Source: a virus (lineage: Duplodnaviria; Heunggongvirae; Uroviricota; Caudoviricetes). Taken from it: DNA of 15,147 nucleotides. Shown piece after piece: positions 14,923 through 15,147 of this stretch (positions within the stretch are counted from its first letter, which is position 1; each line of letters begins with the position of its first letter). The DNA is taken from IMG/VR virus record IMGVR_UViG_2837719392_000001, one strand, 5' to 3'. Both the position numbers and the translations under genes were made by a program. The notes under the pieces were generated by a model. It saw only the letters and a program-made list of their open reading frames with translations, ran no database searches and was not told the origin of the DNA.

Positions 14923-15147
14923 GAATAAATAAATTATAAGCAAAAGGATTGATAGAAAAAGTGTTATGGTAGATATTTCACAGTACAGTTTATATTGGTT
15001 TATTTTCTTTTGAATGTTTTTTTGGTATATCTTAAAATCATATTCAAATAGTTTTCTTCCCACTTGAATGTCATTTTTATTATAATTTTGTGGTTCATAT
15101 AACCCTTTTTCCTCATAAATGTTTTCTTTTGTTAATGGGAAAATTAA

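Overview
AT-rich (~30% GC) Firmicutes-type accessory DNA, probably part of a large plasmid or ICE (inference). Left arm (148-4965, +): a five-gene run plus an upstream ORF. It includes a lipoprotein, an unusual tandem-OB SSB with two CxxC motifs, a single-TM protein, and a coiled-coil/wHTH/PD-(D/E)xK protein resembling the replication-relaxation family. It converges on a minus-strand three-gene operon: a frameshifted secreted protein, a VanZ-family protein and a membrane-anchored protein. The centre (6540-9240) lacks large ORFs but is densely organised. It holds a promoter-to-terminator small RNA and a ~490-nt GC-enriched, multi-helix element that looks like a ROOL-class large ncRNA. After that come a 6S-like bistable hairpin, an AT-rich repeat region resembling an origin, and two mirror-image small-membrane-peptide cassettes with antisense promoters (type I toxin-antitoxin-like) that share a palindromic operator. 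Right arm: an AAA_14/DUF4143 ATPase, a membrane protein, two pseudogenes (a serine recombinase remnant and a hypothetical) and a YbfG/YkuG-like peptidoglycan-binding DUF1906 protein. All calls come from reading the sequence by eye; no searches were run.
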